DNA of 365 nucleotides from Escherichia coli (GTDB lineage Bacteria; Pseudomonadota; Gammaproteobacteria; Enterobacterales; Enterobacteriaceae): NCBI RefSeq assembly GCF_003334335.1, contig NZ_QOWQ01000205.1; one strand, 5' to 3'. Shown piece by piece: positions 1 to 365 of this stretch (position 1 is its first letter; each line of letters starts with the position of its first letter). The notes under the pieces were generated by a model. It saw only the letters and a program-made list of their open reading frames with translations, ran no database searches and was not told where the DNA came from. The position numbers and the translations under genes were made by a program.

Positions 1-191
1 AGGGGGCCAAATCCTTCATCGTTTCCGCCATTATCCAGCCGGAACTGGTAAGCACAAATATTTCCCGGGAGCCATATCGTATCTGTATTGCGTATACCGA
101 TGTAACGTTGATCCTGTGCCCGGAGTGGGGCAGACCACGTTAACCCCAGAATGACGCCAGTAATAATGCAGGTTTTGAACAGGTGAATCAT
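1..191 (-). CDS. Hypothetical small exported (periplasmic/secreted) protein, N-terminal 63 codons; gene continues beyond the left edge of the window
   Basis: Read directly from the sequence: ATG at 191..189 (minus strand) opens a frame with no stop through position 1. Translation: MIHLFKTCIITGVILGLTWSAPLRAQDQRYIGIRNTDTIWLPGNICAYQFRLDNGGNDEGFGP... A GAGAGGT Shine-Dalgarno sits at 205..199, 7 nt upstream of the ATG. The N-terminus has signal-peptide architecture (basic n-region, hydrophobic core, L-R-A cleavage motif). The track missed it because it has no stop inside the window. Confidence 0.65.
   Translation of the reverse strand, partial: MIHLFKTCIITGVILGLTWSAPLRAQDQRYIGIRNTDTIWLPGNICAYQFRLDNGGNDEGFGP
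117..191 (-). other. Predicted Sec-type signal peptide (about 25 aa), with signal peptidase I cleavage predicted after L-R-A, mature protein starting QDQRY
   Basis: Sequence MIHLFK (n-region with Lys) / TCIITGVILGLTW (13-residue hydrophobic h-region) / SAPLRA (c-region, Ala at -1, Leu at -3) followed by polar QDQ. There is no lipobox (no L-x-x-C immediately before a Cys at the cleavage site), so it is not a lipoprotein. This is judged by eye from established signal-peptide rules; no predictor was run. Confidence 0.5.
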
Positions 192-198
192 GGTATTT

Positions 199-205
199 AC
201 CTCTC
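199..205 (-). promoter_or_regulatory. Shine-Dalgarno / ribosome-binding site for the CDS starting at 191
   Basis: Minus-strand sequence 5'-GAGAGGT-3' (complement of + strand 199..205), followed by a 7-nt spacer AAATACC and then ATG. The AGGT core has canonical spacing. Confidence 0.55.
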
Positions 206-266
206 TGAGTCATGACGATGACACTGGCAAATCAGGTGATAAAACCTAAAAGGAGCAGAACACACG

Positions 267-365
267 TTATGCCGGGAGCTCCGGGGGGAATGCTTCTTCC
301 AGTCGGTTAACCATATTGCCGAGATGGGATGCATCATATTCCATGACGGGGCGTTGCCTGATGAT
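267..365 (-). CDS. 3' end (last 32 codons plus stop) of an upstream gene of unknown function; gene begins beyond the right edge of the window
   Basis: Minus-strand frame open from 365 to the TAA stop at 269..267: ...IIRQRPVMEYDASHLGNMVNRLEEAFPPELPA*. Its amino-acid composition is more protein-like than the other two frames that are also open here. The 75-bp spacer to the next ATG with no obvious sigma-70 promoter is compatible with a two-gene same-strand arrangement. The frame choice is uncertain because two other frames (one minus, one plus) are also open across 300..365. Confidence 0.4.
   Translation of the reverse strand: MIRQRPVMEYDASHLGNMVNRLEEAFPPELPA

Noticed and set aside
31-213. 60-aa ORF from the supplied track (minus strand; MTQRGKYHDSPVQNLHYYWRHSGVNVVCPTPGTGSTLHRYTQYRYDMAPGKYLCLPVPAG)
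   Set aside because: It has no Shine-Dalgarno upstream of its ATG and an atypical composition (rich in H/Y/R/W/C/P), and it overlaps, out of frame, a better-supported ORF that has an RBS and a signal peptide. It is most likely a spurious frame.
236-248. Possible PhoP-box-like direct repeat on the minus strand (GGTTTT-ATCAC-CTGATT) in the spacer
   Set aside because: Both half-sites match the (T/G)GTTTA consensus only partially. Regulator-site calls from a single degenerate match are unreliable without comparative or experimental support.
181-249. Plus-strand mini-ORF (ATG 190..192 to TAA 247..249, 19 aa MVFTSLSHDDDTGKSGDKT) preceded by AGGTGA at 181..186
   Set aside because: The apparent RBS is simply the reverse complement of the first codons of the minus-strand gene (ATGATTCACCT), and its spacing to the ATG is only 3 nt. 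It is a very short ORF antisense to a leader/RBS region, and nothing supports it independently.
65-279. Direct repeat of the 8-mer CCGGGAGC at 65..72 and 272..279
   Set aside because: A single shared 8-mer within 365 bp is about what chance predicts, and it has no flanking similarity. It is not evidence of a repeat element or recombination site.
249-310. Strong SD-like AAAGGAG (249..255) on the plus strand with an ATG at 269..271
   Set aside because: The spacing from SD to ATG is about 13 nt, which is too long, and the ORF is only 13 codons (MPGAPGGMLLPVG) before a TAA. It is likely a chance purine-rich tract, being the complement of the U/C-rich tract that follows the upstream stop on the minus strand.
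196-365. Second minus-strand open frame ending at TAA 198..196, 5 nt upstream of the downstream ATG (looks like a translationally coupled gene junction)
   Set aside because: Its translation (…MMHPISAIWLTDWKKHSPRSSRHNVCSAPFRFYHLICQCHRHDSER*) is rich in S/H/R/C/W and not protein-like, and the frame ending at 269..267 is more plausible. It is kept only as an alternative that longer sequence could revive.
1-365. Screen for tRNA, rRNA, CRISPR repeats, IS/transposon terminal inverted repeats, integron attC or long tandem repeats
   Set aside because: I see no cloverleaf-compatible segments, no repeated 25-40-bp units with spacers, and no terminal inverted repeats or long tandem arrays. The window is ordinary coding sequence plus a short spacer.

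Overview
This 365-bp window appears to contain, all on the minus strand: (i) the 5' end of a gene (ATG at 191..189, running off the left edge) encoding a small protein with a classic N-terminal Sec-type signal peptide, preceded by a good Shine-Dalgarno sequence; (ii) a 75-bp intergenic/leader region (192..266) with a small dyad-symmetric element next to the ribosome-binding site; and (iii) probably the last 32 codons of an upstream gene ending at a TAA stop (269..267). The only ORF in the supplied track (31..213, minus) is in a different frame from the gene I support and looks like an overlapping spurious frame. I see no RNA genes, CRISPR repeats, mobile-element ends or long repeats. A 365-bp fragment cannot support any claim of a novel multi-gene system; the findings below are modest, sequence-level observations. 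I do not recognise either protein well enough to assign a gene symbol.
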